A DNA stretch of 62,656 nt, the filler included, from Catajapyx aquilonaris (Eukaryota), in the NCBI GenBank assembly GCA_000934665.2. It is 4 parts of 4 records of this genome, joined end to end, with 100 filler letters (N's around TTAATTAATTAA, not from the genome) between each part and the next. Parts side by side here need not be neighbours in the genome. Positions count along the whole stretch, not along the records: positions 15,671 to 31,213 come from JYFJ02007466.1; positions 31,314 to 47,021 come from JYFJ02007467.1; 2 more parts are not named here. One strand, given 5' to 3'. The translations under genes were made by a program, and so were the position numbers. Below are positions 22,191-35,355 of the stretch, piece after piece. The notes under the pieces were generated by a model. The model saw only the letters and a list, made by a program, of their open reading frames with translations, did no database searches and was not told the DNA's origin. Every line of letters starts with the position of its first letter. Position 1 is the stretch's first letter.

Positions 22191-24020
22191 AATCCCTGCG
22201 GGAGTTGGTCGAGCCCTCTGATTGGTCCGCCGCATATTGTTACCGCCATCTCCCCATTGGCCCGCATTCTAATCATGCGCAATGGGGAGTAAACAACTCC
22301 TCTGTTGAGTTGCCGGGGAAACTGTCCATTCCTTTCTCTGTATTGTTGCCCAGTTAGCACTGCTGTGAAGTTGTTTGCAGAGTCAGTTCCCTTCATGGAA
22401 CGACAGACACAGGACAGACATGTTCTCACTTCTCACTAATCGGGCCGTTCGAAGACTGCTGGAGGGCTAACGTTACACCTCCCCCGACGCCCCCGGCGAC
22501 ATGGTGCGCCGAATAGGTACCCCAGGCCGCAGGCCTAGAAAAGAGCGAGAGAAGCGAGTGGTTTTCTAGGCCTGCGCCCCAGGAAAATACGAGCGGAGAC
22601 ACTAACTTCATAAGTTATTATGGTTATACAATATACAGGGTGTTGTGTAATGATTGAAATATCCTTCTAGGCAAATTCTGGGCACCAAAGGATCTCTTTC
22701 CGTAGAGGTGTAAGTTGGTCTCCACAGCCTTCTTACAGTATATTAAAAAGCTGCAAACACAACATAAATCCCTCTGTGTCTTCTGACATAATTCCTTAAC
22801 ATCGTCTTCGAAGCTCAACATTGACAACCACCACGTACAATTATTAATTCCATCTCATTCTGCAAGAATTCACCGAACACAGCGCACCTGCAGCGCGTCG
22901 TCCTTAAGTCTGAACCCAGCAGCATTGTCACCCTGGGACACCACCATGCGTCAACTTGTCCATGTTTATACCCCAATGCTGGTCCCGCCCCATTACAATC
23001 TGCCAATGCCACAACGGATCCTGTTAGCGGTGGCCCAACATTTGGTCCATTCTCCCATGCGTATATATTCCTCCCAGCTAGAAAAACACACAGCTCTGTC
23101 GGCGAGCCAGCTTCCCAATCTTCCGGCTGAAGAGGCGGACACGGAACCAGCTCCTTTCCTCCCCCTCTTCCCCATCTCCTTTTCTTCTCCCACCCCCAAT
23201 TCGTTCCCTAGGGCCTAGACCGCGCTATATATCGCTAGCTAGCTTCGGAACCCATAATAAGATCGTGCGAGATGGAATCAAGCGAAGCACGTTCCCTGCT
23301 CGGCTCATATGGAAAAGCGGAAGGCGGCGAGGAAATTGATTGATTTCCTTCAATCAGCACCACCTCCCCGCATATATAGGCTTCCCCTTAGCTAAGTGAT
23401 CCGAGAAGAAGAATAAAGGGGGGAAAAGGTAGGGATGCCCATTTCCTTAGTGCCCTGGAGGAGAGGAGGCAGTGGAGGAGAAGGGAAATGATTTCTTCAG
23501 CCCCCTTGATTAGGATTGCCTAAGGTCCGAGCCAGCTTGCGAGATTGGAACGGAACTGGGATAAGACGCGCCCACATTCGTCTCCATCCGGGATAACCTA
23601 CTCGGAGCTTTCAGCTCCCTTTTTTAAGGCTTCACTACCACTACATTTTGCATTCCTTCTTGCAGAATTGGATGAAGGAGCTTTTCTCATAATCAACTGG
23701 CTCCAATTCATCACGGATTGCATTTACATCTAATTTGCGATTAGGGTACACTCCAATTACTGGCCGTGCTTAAGTTAATCGCTGTTAAAATAAGCGTGAG
23801 CTGCTTGGAAGCCACGAGCCATTGGTAGTCTCCGATTTAACAGTTCAATTAACAGCTGTCAATTAAAATGTTCCGAACTCCGTCTTGACTATCGAGTATA
23901 GTTTTGATTTCAGGCAGTCACTGATCAGCAACCCATAGTTTTCTTCAGGGGAAGTGAAAAATAATGTAGGCTACAATGCCACATGAAACTCGAAACCACG
24001 ATGAAAAAGAGCTCCAGAAC

Positions 24021-24172
24021 GTACTATCGGGTTCAAATACTTTTGGCCACTTTATCCTGGTCTTGAAGCAACCTTTCGCACAGACCCCACGTTAAGGAGG
24101 TGTGGTGTGTGTGTGAAGGGTTGCTTCAAGACCAGGATAAAGTGGCCAAAAGTATATGAAACCCGATAGCAC
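24021..24172. mobile_element. Short MITE with about 57-bp TIRs (GTACTAT terminus)
   Basis: GTACTATCGGGTTCAAATACTTTTGGCCACTTTATCCTGGTCTTGAAGCAACC and its inverted copy flank a 37-nt spacer containing (GT)n. Confidence 0.8.
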
Positions 24173-25557
24173 ATAGTGGCCTCATACCGGTATTGCTAGG
24201 AGGCCATCAGGAGGTATGAAAACATGGTATGAAAATATGGCAACAAGTTAGTGTTGTTGAAACATTGACAGATAGCCTACCCAGGATGACTGAAGATCCT
24301 CCATACACTTTCAGGAGGAGTGAGTGACTTTATATGACGACGTTATTTAAAGTTGACAGCCCTAATCAGAGTGCTATTATTTTCACAATACCCGTTTGAG
24401 ACAAAGACAACCCCAGCTTTGCTGTTATATTTCTCTTCTAGGAAAAGCTATTTTTCCCATATTTATTAATAACCTAAAGGTCACAAGGAATAACACCCAC
24501 ATACATCAAAAGTTTAACCTTGCTCATTTATTAGGTTCAGAATCTGCTGGACAGTTTATTATATTTTTATCAATATATCCTCTTATGACAGCAAGATTTT
24601 GTTTCCGAAGTCTACAATGTCAATCACAATTTCACTGCTTAGTTGAGTGTGGGAGTAAAATGCCGCAGAAATAAGTGCGAAATATGTCGAATACAGTAGC
24701 AATCAATAGGCACTGCTTGCTGTCCCAGTGGGAGACATCACAGCACTAACGTCCTTCACTCCTACACGTATAGCAAAAGTTGACAATATTTTATTTCCAA
24801 TCAGAAAACAAAAAAGATTCAGGGGTGACTTCTGATTGGATGGAGAAAAGCCTCGTTGTGAACTTGTCTGTCCATCTTTTCCGTGTATGCCTTAGACAAT
24901 GCATGCATAATTAGAGGACATTTATGGCACTCGTTCTCTAAAGGAACAGCCGCCGGGCCAAAATGGACCAAAATTGGTAAACATGTAGCCCCACCCTTCC
25001 TTTAGCCATAAAAAAGGAAAAGTGAACTAATCTTTCAGAATAAATTATGGTCCTATTACACAAGGGACGCATCATTGAGTTTCTCCCATCCCCCACCCTC
25101 TCCCCTGATCACTCACCTAGCTGTTCCTTCGCCCCAACAGCCCCAACGCGAAAGCAACGAGCTATGGTAGGTCCCCAAAAAATATTCATAAAGACACGCG
25201 ACAAAAATAGCTCCACCCAACCATCAGAAAAATGCTCTACTTCCTGAAATCGGATGAGACCCAAGTTGGAATAAAATCACGGTTGCTGGGACACGAAGGT
25301 CTGTGGCACTTACAAGAACTGACAAAATAGTACATATAGCTCTGTTTTGGCATAGTTCGTATGTGCATGAACGTTCCAGATTTTCAGTGAGAGTATAGGA
25401 GTTGGGAGGGAAGTGGCAGTGTTCATGTGGGATTGCAGAATCAAATGTGTACCATTGTAATTGTTGATATAAGGTACAACAGGTTTCAGTTAAGTCCGAC
25501 ATACACAATCATGTACAGCTGTTTGGTTCATGCAGTGGAAAAATCCACCATGAGGTC

Positions 25558-25772
25558 TGTGAGAGTTGACCCGCTCCGGCCATCCCTGTGACCCCGCATG
25601 GTCACTCAGGGTCGTGGTCGTGGACTCGTGGTCCAATAATACAACGGGTACGGACCAACCGTTTATTAGACTGGCCTGCTTCCCGGCCAACACACGACTG
25701 AATCATACAAAGAGCATACCCCCTAGATCCGCGCGCATGCGCCACTCCAGCCCTCTAGTGAGAGACGTCACA
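25558..25772 (-). mobile_element. Solo LTR (215 bp) with 4-bp TSD
   Basis: GGTC|TGTGA...TCACA|GGTC. AATAAA on the minus strand near 25662-25667. GC-rich island in AT-rich flanks. Confidence 0.8.
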
Positions 25773-28700
25773 GGTCATTGACAATATTCAGGAAATTAAT
25801 ATTCAAAAATAATAATTAGAGGGTGATACTTAGGGACATTTTATTGCTGTTAAGATATGCATATAGATATGCAGATAGATAAGATAGATTGATGTTTACC
25901 TGCTCAAGAATGTTCAATGATACGCATTTCAAATCATAACAATAACACAACTCTCTTTCACACTGTCATAAAATAACAATAAAATCACACCCAGTAACAC
26001 ACTCAATTATACACGCTTAATTAACTTACGCCACAAAAGAGGGATTTCCAGCATTAACACACGCGAGTTTATAGTTTATAGGCTTATATTTGCAACGGTT
26101 CAATGTGCGTGGCGTTAGTGGCGACATTTGAGAATACACCGGCCCAAGTTTACTTCAACCTGCGCATTCAAGTTGGTAAGTAAATGCGATTATGCTTGCG
26201 TGAGGTTTGGAGAAGAGTTCAATAACATGTTCCCGGAAATGTGACGCCTGAACTCGGCATTTCATTCAAAAACTCTCAAATCGAGTTTCAAATTGACACC
26301 CGTTTGTTACAGAAAATATATGCCAAAGACAGCAAAAGAATAGCAGGCTTATATTCACCTTCTTCTCCTTTTGTAAGAGAGTGAAGTTTATTCCCTCCGT
26401 ATTTGGAAAGTCTTAAGACACCAAGTCAGACAACTAGTTTCCAGTGAATAATTTATTGAGTCTCGACTCTAGTACACCTGATGCACACGGTGTCAAGTCA
26501 CATTGTTGTAAGAGGTTCTGGTGTAATTGTATTTCAGTCGTACTTATATGACTGTACTTTCAGGATGTCTTCCAAAGGGGAACTCTACGTATGCCATATA
26601 ACAGGAGTGCTCGACCGTAATGGGAGTATTATGGCGTAAGTCTGCTGCGGTTCTCAAGAAGGTCGGTAACCCTTCCTGCACTTTGACGTTTTTCCTTGCA
26701 TTGCCATTGGTGTGAACCCCGCTGGCAGGATCCTTTCAATTTCCAAGCCGAGTGATGGGAGAACGCATTGTCAATGGGTAAAATGCGAATAATGATAGAA
26801 TCCAATTAATGCAAGTAATTCTAAAATATGTTCCATCGAAATAACGTTTGAAATTTGGTCAGCTCCCGGCGAGTGTTTCAATAACCAAAATGACATAAAT
26901 ACACTAATCAACCGGACCGAATTCTGCAAAATTTGACCTTTTAAGATAGGTTCAAAAAAAAACGTATTACATACCGGTACATTTAAATTTCCTAACAAGC
27001 CGCAATGATTAGGCACATTATGCCTACAGGCAGGTCGAATCGACTTGGAGTTCCTATACTTTGCTTGCAGGACTCAGAACTTGACATTTTATACCGAGAA
27101 GTTTTCGTCAATAATGAGCAATCGTATTCCTCCCCCGGGTACACGAGGCATTTCATGAGCTGCAGTATTTGCGGAAGTTATAATTTTATTTCCTGCCATA
27201 GTAGTAGACTTATTAATTTTGCCCTCGGTGGCGCAACAGTAATTTTCTTCTTGAACTGCACTGAATTCATTGATCGACTTAACTTGTATAAACACCGCAT
27301 TTACAGTGGCATGTGATTGTGCCTCACAATTTGTATTACCTCTACATTTGGAATGCTTCTTTCGTTTTAATACGCAAAGCTCACTTTTAGTTGTTTGGCA
27401 ATGTCAGCCATCATGGACGTAATAAATTCTGCCACAGTTTCTAATTTTACGTGACCAGCATTTCATAACAAAAGTGTGTCAATGCATAAATAGATCTCTA
27501 TGCACCAGTTTACAGACTATCTATAGCACACAAGGTGGACAGACTTGTCCCCGAATAGCATCCGTCAGTACTGCAATAAAGCATGCGGTAATTGTTCTAA
27601 CTTGTTCGGACCACCGTGCTCATGTTGAAATCTCCGTGTGGGAAGCAATGCGAAGTTGGGCTTGACTGTAAAAATACCAATTTTCATTAGTTTCCCTACG
27701 ACTCTATGCAAAAAGTTCAAAGCTGACATTAATTGTTTCATTTGTGCTACAATGTCAGGCAATGACAGACACAAAGTACTGTACAATACGTCAAGACTGT
27801 CTGGACTCAAAGTAAAGTCTCCTATTGCCCGTACAAATTGCATACACCGGCAGCATACCGCACTGTAATCAACTGATTAGTACTGGCTGCCCAATAAGTT
27901 AGGACCAACACAAGCCCTATTAGCCCGTATTAGTTGATCAAACGTCGCTTGGTATCAAATAACTTCCCCAAATCGATCCTGGCACGATCAAAATATCGGA
28001 AGCGCTCTGAAATAATATATCGAAAAATAGTGACACAAGAAGTAAGTCGTGATTTGGTCCAGATCGATCTTATAGCTGGTGAAGCCCTAGAAGCGGTAAT
28101 TGGAAAGCAAGTTTGACAAGTGGGCCTAGGCAGGCTCTATTAGTAAATGGCGTTGCAGTTGGCCCATCTGGGCTCCCAGACACTCAATCAGCGTTACAGC
28201 AAAGTTGACCACTTAAAACGCAGTAGACCGCAGGATTTATATGACGTCATGAACCATTACCAGCTTATGCATAACAAGTTGAACTGCATCCACAGATTGG
28301 AGGATTTATCATGCTGCGTGCATGCTGCTGGTAGACCTACTCTATAAAATACGAGTGGGTGGCATCAGGCAGAAAGGTAATCAAAGTTGGCCAGATTTGT
28401 TGCAGCCGCATTCCTTTTGATGTTGCGTCGTCTTCATTACTTGCTTTGGCAAACTCCTTCAAAGTTGGGCACGTTCTTAGTTAGTCAAACACCGGGATGC
28501 GCGGTATGGGTATACCAGCCAGATTAGCCCAAATCCCAGAACAAGTCGCCTCCGGATTTAATGAATGAGCAAACGCAGAAACTGTATCTGGGCCACCTGT
28601 GAGCACCTCGCCTTGTAAACTGCGTCACTCAGAGGGTTAACGACTATGCTAGGTCAGAGTATAAGCGCCCTGGAAATATAATGACTATTTCGATCCACTG

Positions 28701-30545
28701 GCTGCTGCTGAGCCCGGTTCCTGCTGCCGGCGTACTATTACACCCCACTTTGAAGCTCGTGACTGATGTGACATGCATGAGCCAACATCTGCGCTCCTAT
28801 ATGCTAAGGGCATGGGCTGCCACTATTATTGCCACTTGTCCAGGGGTCCACATTCGGGTTTTAAGCAGCTTGTTGCACTCTGGTCATCAACACGCTCAAC
28901 AGATCGACACTTGTTCACCGACAACAATCACGCTCGCTAATGTGCTCTAATCACTATCGCTTTCATTCTATGCACGCAATGTGTGCATTTTGGAACCAGC
29001 TGGGATAGCAGGGTAGTCTTGGAGTGACTGTCTATTACAAATCATATCACGAGTATCACGTGGACTTTTTTATACGGTACAATGCAATTCAAGAGAAAAC
29101 TTTCAGCTATCTACTTGTACATATGAAACTTTAAAAGTCGGTTTGCAATAATTCACATCCACGCTATCATTTCTGATCGCCTTATCAGCCTGATTGTGTT
29201 TTTATTCGTTTGGAATTGGATTGAATGGAAACTGCAATCGGGTTCATTTTTCCGCCCGATTTCTGTACGGTTTCATTTTACTTGTAATTATTGACGAGTA
29301 TTGCAATACCAATTGATGCATGCGCCAGTCCTGGCGAGTGTTGAAATCGGAAAACCCGACATATCTGAGGTATACAGTATAGTAGAGTTCGTATATATAG
29401 CTCCAATAAAGACGTTCCACATCGCCAGCCACGACTCCGGGGGAAAAAAAATCATTTCCAACATTGTGCCTGGAAGGTACGTGCTCCTCAGAAGCCAGCA
29501 AACTTAGTCCCTACGCACCATCTTCCATTGATTTCCGCCAGGGGGCCAAGTCGCACTTGGTGAATGTGCGTCTGATTGCATCGTCAGTCCTGATTTATTC
29601 TCCACCTATCTATCCTGATGGCCCATCGTAATTTGAAGCGCGGTAATGATGATGGCAGCAGCCTCAAAAAAAAAGCGAGAGAGAGAGAGAGAGAAAAAAA
29701 AACTCTTCCCCATCTTCCTGGAATCAAATTCTGTCTCATGATTTGGGCTGGAGGGCGCTAAGGTCTCCCTGAGCCCACGTCATCCAACATTGCAGTCACG
29801 AAGCGCGCCTTATTATCCTGGCTTCTTTCCACACCCCCAACTGAGGTCCTCAAATACGGAGATTTTCTTAGTCAACTCGTGATTCCTCCCACCCCCATTG
29901 GCTCCAAAAATGACATCCACCCTAGACAGTAATTAGTATTGAAAGCACATGTCAGCCATTATGTGGCATCAAGCAAACCCCCAACAACGAAGCTCTCGGG
30001 CCTGAATACTCCCGGCCCCCATTATATTGCGTGGCAGGTTTAGTCTAATTAGCAAAGTTACGGCGAATAACAATGGGCCAGAGGCGTAATCACATGCACA
30101 CAATGCACGCAGATATTCACTACCTTAAGGTGGGCCCGTATTAAATAATGGCTGACGACTGGATCTCAAACCCACCAGCTCCCACTCACTATTGCTCAGG
30201 AACGTGTGTGGAATTGCTCAGCATTTCGAGGCCGGCATTTCGCACATGCCAACTTTTGTATGAGTTGGGATGGAAAAGTTACCGGGGCACAATGCCGCCA
30301 ATCGAGACACCCGCAGAAAACGCAATTCCATTCCGGATATACGCAGCCGAGCTTCAAATGCTGCTAACTTCAACGCGTTTGCTACTCTGCTGAGGGAGCT
30401 CTACTCATACTTCTTTGTTTGAGTTACTTTTGGCTATATCAGTGGGCTTGTTCACTCATTTTTTGAATTGATTAGAGTGGGATGGTTTAGGTTTGGTTAT
30501 ATCCTGGCATATAGAACCATCAACACTCGCCCAAGCTGAACTCAA

Positions 30546-30882
30546 TAATAATTGATTAATTGATTGGGTATTCGGCTAGCCCCAGAGGGGCCTTCTGCCA
30601 GACCTTTATTTCGATGGTACAATTTTTGGGAATCCTATTTTTGAAGCGCCCGGGCCCACGGGCAGGATGACAGGAGGGGATGTGCAAAGTGCAGTGAATC
30701 TGACGCTGTGGCCATTTTTAGTGAACTCCCCCGGGTGGTCTAGTCTGTAGGATATACCACCCGAGACGAAGCCAGAGGTGACCCTGAACTCTGCACGAGA
30801 TGAAGGGGGTGTCCCCGGGCTGGGATCGAACCCGGGACCTTAACATCCGTGGGCGCGCACGTTACCGCGGCGCCACTCCGCC
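30546..30882 (-). mobile_element. tRNA-derived SINE, family B
   Basis: Minus-strand head GGCGGAGTGGCGCCGCGG...GGTTCGATCCC, body shared with 53951-54260, flanked by the direct repeat CCAAGCTGAACTCAA (30531-30545 and 30882-30896). Confidence 0.9.
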
Positions 30883-30946
30883 CAAGCTGAACTCAACAAT
30901 TCCAACAATGCTGATGGTTGCATAGGCCAAAACTTTTCAGTTCTAA

Positions 30947-31170
30947 CATACGTATACGTATAGTATACAAGATTATACGTATATAGTATACAGGATTATA
31001 CGTATAGTATACAAGATTATACGTATAGTATACACGATTATACGTATACGTATAGTATACACGATTATACGTATACGTATAGTATACACGATTATACGTA
31101 TACGTATAGTATACACGATTATACGTATACGTATAGTATACACGATTATACGTATACGTATAGTATACAC
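30947..31170. repeat. 21/27-bp minisatellite (GATTATACGTATACGTATAGTATACAC)n
   Basis: About 9 units built from TATACG submotifs. Produces the YTYNRVY pseudo-ORFs. Confidence 0.95.
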
Positions 31171-31177
31171 TATTACC

Positions 31178-31213
31178 GAAGCAGGTTGGCATAGTGGATA
31201 AGGCGTCCGACTG
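31178..31213 (+). other. tRNA-like 5' fragment (SINE head or tRNA) truncated by the gap
   Basis: GCAGGTTGGCATAGTGGATAAGGCGTCCGACTG has an A-box/D-arm pattern resembling tRNA-Arg. The rest is hidden by Ns. Confidence 0.45.
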
Positions 31214-31313
31214 NNNNNNNNNNNNNNNNNNNNNNNNNNNNNNNNNNNNNNNNNNNNTTAATTAATTAANNNNNNNNNNNNNNNNNNNNNNNNNNNNNNN
31301 NNNNNNNNNNNNN
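31214..31313. other. Artificial contig spacer
   Basis: N44-TTAATTAATTAA-N44. Confidence 0.97.
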
Positions 31314-31462
31314 CATGGTGCAGCATAACCCCTGCCACATTCGGTCTCCCATTACGAAAGTCCTTCCAATTTTTGTTCCCAAATGTGCCCATTTCGGATG
31401 GTCCTGATTGCCTATGGAAGTCTGCCAACGACCATTAGGTTAGGTAGACCTGAGAGACTCAC

Positions 31463-31664
31463 CGGAAATGTTGGCCCTCTCGAAGACCACATACTCCCGT
31501 TTGGCTTTCTTGAGGAAGAAACCCATCTGCAAACCCGCAGGTCCGCCTCCAATCACACAGTACTGGATCATCGAGGCATCCGACTTGGGGTTTGGCAGAG
31601 AAGTTAGAGGCGGCAGAGATATCAGTAGAAGGCTGGCCACCAGCACCATCTGGCTAGCCACCAT
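31463..31664 (-). CDS. FOXRED2: FAD-dependent oxidoreductase domain-containing protein 2 (ERFAD), first coding exon
   Basis: Signal-peptide-like [17 protein letters not shown] then [30 protein letters not shown] (GxGxxG Rossmann motif, closely resembling recalled FOXRED2 DYCVLGAGPAGLQMAYFL). Acceptor TTTCTTTTGGTGTAG just upstream of 31685 and donor G|GTGAGT after 31463. Confidence 0.85.
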
Positions 31665-32743
31665 CTTAGACACGGCTCGTTTCACCTACACCAAAAGAAA
31701 TAGGCTCTTATAATGTGGCCTGAAAATAATCAAGTTACTTTTCTTTGTAAATAACGACAGGTATAGCCAAAATATAAGGAGAAATAGCAGACAAGCAACA
31801 TTTGCGGTGCGTACAACACAGACATAAATTTTGATAATCATATGTGCGTGTGGATTCCCATTTTTTTTTTTTTTATTCATGGGCTCGTGCTGGTGTTGAT
31901 ATTGGCCCACAGGATTTCTATCGGTGGGCTGCGGTTTTTGAGCATGCATTATGAGGCGCGTTTCTGACACTGTTTTATCGGCTCGTGCTTTGTTGGCTGG
32001 CCCCCACCCATTTGAATTGCCATTTTTCCATGCTTCTCTGGCCGATAAGGGACCTGTTGCCCAGAGGTCGTATGAGGGAATATGATGCAAATTACTAGTA
32101 TAGGCATGTCTTTTAGGCTATACCGTGTGTATCAAAATGTGTATGTCAGAGGGCGCTATTGCGAATAAGACAAAATTTTTAAAAACTAGCAGTTGGAATG
32201 TGGCACCTAACTTAGACATACGTAATACCAGTTGGAAAATGAGAGGCATGTGGGATACATGCTTGGAATTCTCAAAACTCTGATTCTTACAAGTCAAGGT
32301 ATATAGGTACAAAAATGCAAAGTTGGCATTTTAAAAGGAATGTGAGTCCTAAGCCTGAATCTTTTTCTGCTTGCCTGCTGGAAAATGTGTACTGGTCTTA
32401 AATAATATTCCAAGCCCTAATGGGTTGATGACGAATAAGGCTAAAAAATTTCAAAGTGCGACACTTACGCCGTGAGTACTAATTAGATCTTACATCATGT
32501 TCTACCTCCGAAAGCTTTTGTCCTTTAGTTTCATTTGCATGCAAATATCACTGCGCCTTTGACAGGAATTGCCTCGTTTATAGAAGCTCACCAAGATTTA
32601 TTCCATTTCAGCCGATGTGGTGCAGGAGGGATCAAAAAAGAACCAGGAGAGGAAATTCGGAAACAACCTGAGGATTATTGGCTGAACTGTATATCTAGCC
32701 CGAAAAAATCGCCATGTTCTGTAATGCAGTAAGGAGGAGTTCC

Positions 32744-32744
<1 letters not shown>

Positions 32745-32802
<58 letters not shown>

Positions 32803-32836
32803 TACTGCAACTGCAACAACAACAACAACAACAACA

Positions 32837-32903
<67 letters not shown>
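32745..32903. repeat. Compound (AGT)n-(AAC)n-(AAT)n microsatellite
   Basis: Direct inspection. Confidence 0.95.
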
Positions 32904-35355
32904 GCTCATTATGGGATCAGCTTTTTCACAGCCGACTTTANACCCCCCTCCATGGGGCTGCGCCCCACTTGCGCGCCTTCGGCGCGAATTGGTCCGGTCC
33001 CGCGTAGGTTCTCCTCGGTCTCCGTAACTTCCGAGGCCTGGTGCAAATGCAGCCGGCCTCCCCACACTTCCCCCACTCTCCGACGCGAACACAGCAAGTC
33101 TTTTTACGCAAAAATTGGTCGGAGCGAGGTGGCATCCGTTTACAGAACACCCGTGACGTCACCACTAAAGGTGTGGAGTATCAGAATGCACCCTAGCTGA
33201 CGTATCGTGAAAAAGGCAACATGATGCAATAACAGATGACGTAGTGCCGTAGTGGCAGCGTTGAGTAGGGGAGGAGGATTCGAGGGGACGGGGGCAGTGA
33301 GAGGTTGTGGGTGGTGGAGGCGATCGCAACGCTCGTCTATGGGCCGCGCGGGGCAACTATCCGGGGGTATTTGCGGATACACTTTATTTTTTATCTCGAA
33401 AATGGCTGGGAAATTCGCGATTATGAGGATTTTTGGAACCAGTAATTCGGTGGTAAGGAATCCAACGGTGTAAGTCCGAGGTCACTACGACGCCGGGAAG
33501 TGGGAAATCTTTTCCACCCTCCTCCTCCTCGCATTGGGGCTTTATATATATTAGAAGACTTCTCTGGAGGTAGATTTTTGTCGTGGGAGGAACCGTGTAG
33601 AATCTCTAGAAACATATGCGAAGTGTCATTCAGTGAATATGCATAGGCCTACTGTGCAAGCCTACCTATAGGCCTATGTCATACGATAAATACATTTCAT
33701 GTGATATCGCATTTGTTGAATGCAACCTAATATTGAAGGAAAGGGAATGTATGCCTTATTACCTCCCTGCGATGTGATGGTACGAGAGTATAAAATGTAT
33801 AATACAAGAATGGAATATATTGCAGTGTTGCACTATATTCCTCAATGAACTAATAAGTTTTCTAGAGAATGAGGAGTGCTCGCTAGAAGACGTGCCATTC
33901 TTTCCGGAACCGCAAGCATCATAATTTCTACTTTATTCGATATCCCCAGAGATCGATTTTGCCTGACAAGAATAGACTTTGGAGGTAACGGGTAGGCAGG
34001 GTGAAGGGACGAAGAATGCTTGATTGGATTTGCTTCGACTTGATACATCTCAACCAACAGAATGAAACCTTACAAAAAGTATGCCTTTATTATTTCCGCA
34101 GGCTTAATGGCAAGCAAGGAAGTAATTTGCGCAGAAGCCAAAGTAAAGTTGAGTTGAGAGAGAATTATTTATCGACAACTGCAATTAGACGTTGAACTCA
34201 ATATCCTAAGGATTCTATATTTCCCTCCTATAATTCACTCCTTTTCATTAGAAACAAATTCGATATCCGCTGCTTGCGGCGGAAAAATATATAACTCAAA
34301 AATGATACCTTACGTTGATTTTGACAAAACCTTTCCCGATGATTACGTATTACCTATAATATGTAAACTATTGCTTCAATTAGGCACTCATAATCATAAT
34401 CTCACACTAGCGCAGCTTCTGCCAGTTTTGGATAATCGAAACATTCCGGATAAAATAAGAATCAACAGCAATATGCAATGATTAGTCAACTTCGTACCGT
34501 ACATTAATCACGCAATTAACCTACTATCATCGATTATTACGGACTAGTAATTATATTATTGGTATACCATCGTTGATTTAATAAAGTTCTTGATTAAAAT
34601 GGATCTCAATGAAGCTATATAGCCACCGAACATGGAAGGCTTGAATACGCTGCATGATGCCATGCGCGATATACGTGTATACCGGTACAGTATTGATATC
34701 AGTACCGGTAACTGGTCTGTATTAATTAATTTAAAGTTAATACCAACTTATTCCTTCGGCACTTGATTATATATTATTTAGTGTGCCCATCCACTGAACC
34801 AATATCAGGTTGTTCCCTGAGTTACATAGACAGCATTGAATTTTGCTGCGATAGTGTGAGTCAGGACAAACACACACAGGTACTGCTGAACTTCGGCAAT
34901 AAACTTTAATACTGCACCAAAGGGCCAGTAATATTTGAGATTGAGTTTTGGTATGATCATTACAAAGGGAAACTGCTGGATTCAGAACAATGAGAAGTTA
35001 TATGGACGAACACAGGAAATCAGGAAAGTTTAAGTGTCTGTGGCGATCGCATTTCAATAGTGGTCTAGTGGACCCTGTTAAAATATAGCTTTCACGCTTT
35101 TCGAATATTTCTTTCACTTTTGTCTGGCATTTACGAGTAAAATAAACAAAACAAAACAAAACCTTGAAAATATTAAGTTTTTCAGACCAATGTGAAATTC
35201 CTGCTTATATTGTATAGAAGCGATCAGTGTCACTTCAAAATATCCGATTGCTTTGTAACACATTAGGCTATTATTGGAGGTACAGTTTTCCAAAAATTAA
35301 GGTTTAAATATGAAGAAAGATGACACTCATATTTTGGTCGAAATTGTGTTACTAG

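Noticed and set aside
22529..22575. 14-bp GC-rich hairpin as a Helitron 3' end
   Set aside because: No CTRR terminus at the expected distance and no supporting 5' end.
27000..29520. Faint transposase-, PHD- and RT-linker-like peptides (e.g. LMHAPVLASVEIGKP)
   Set aside because: Matches are too short and interrupted to support a call.
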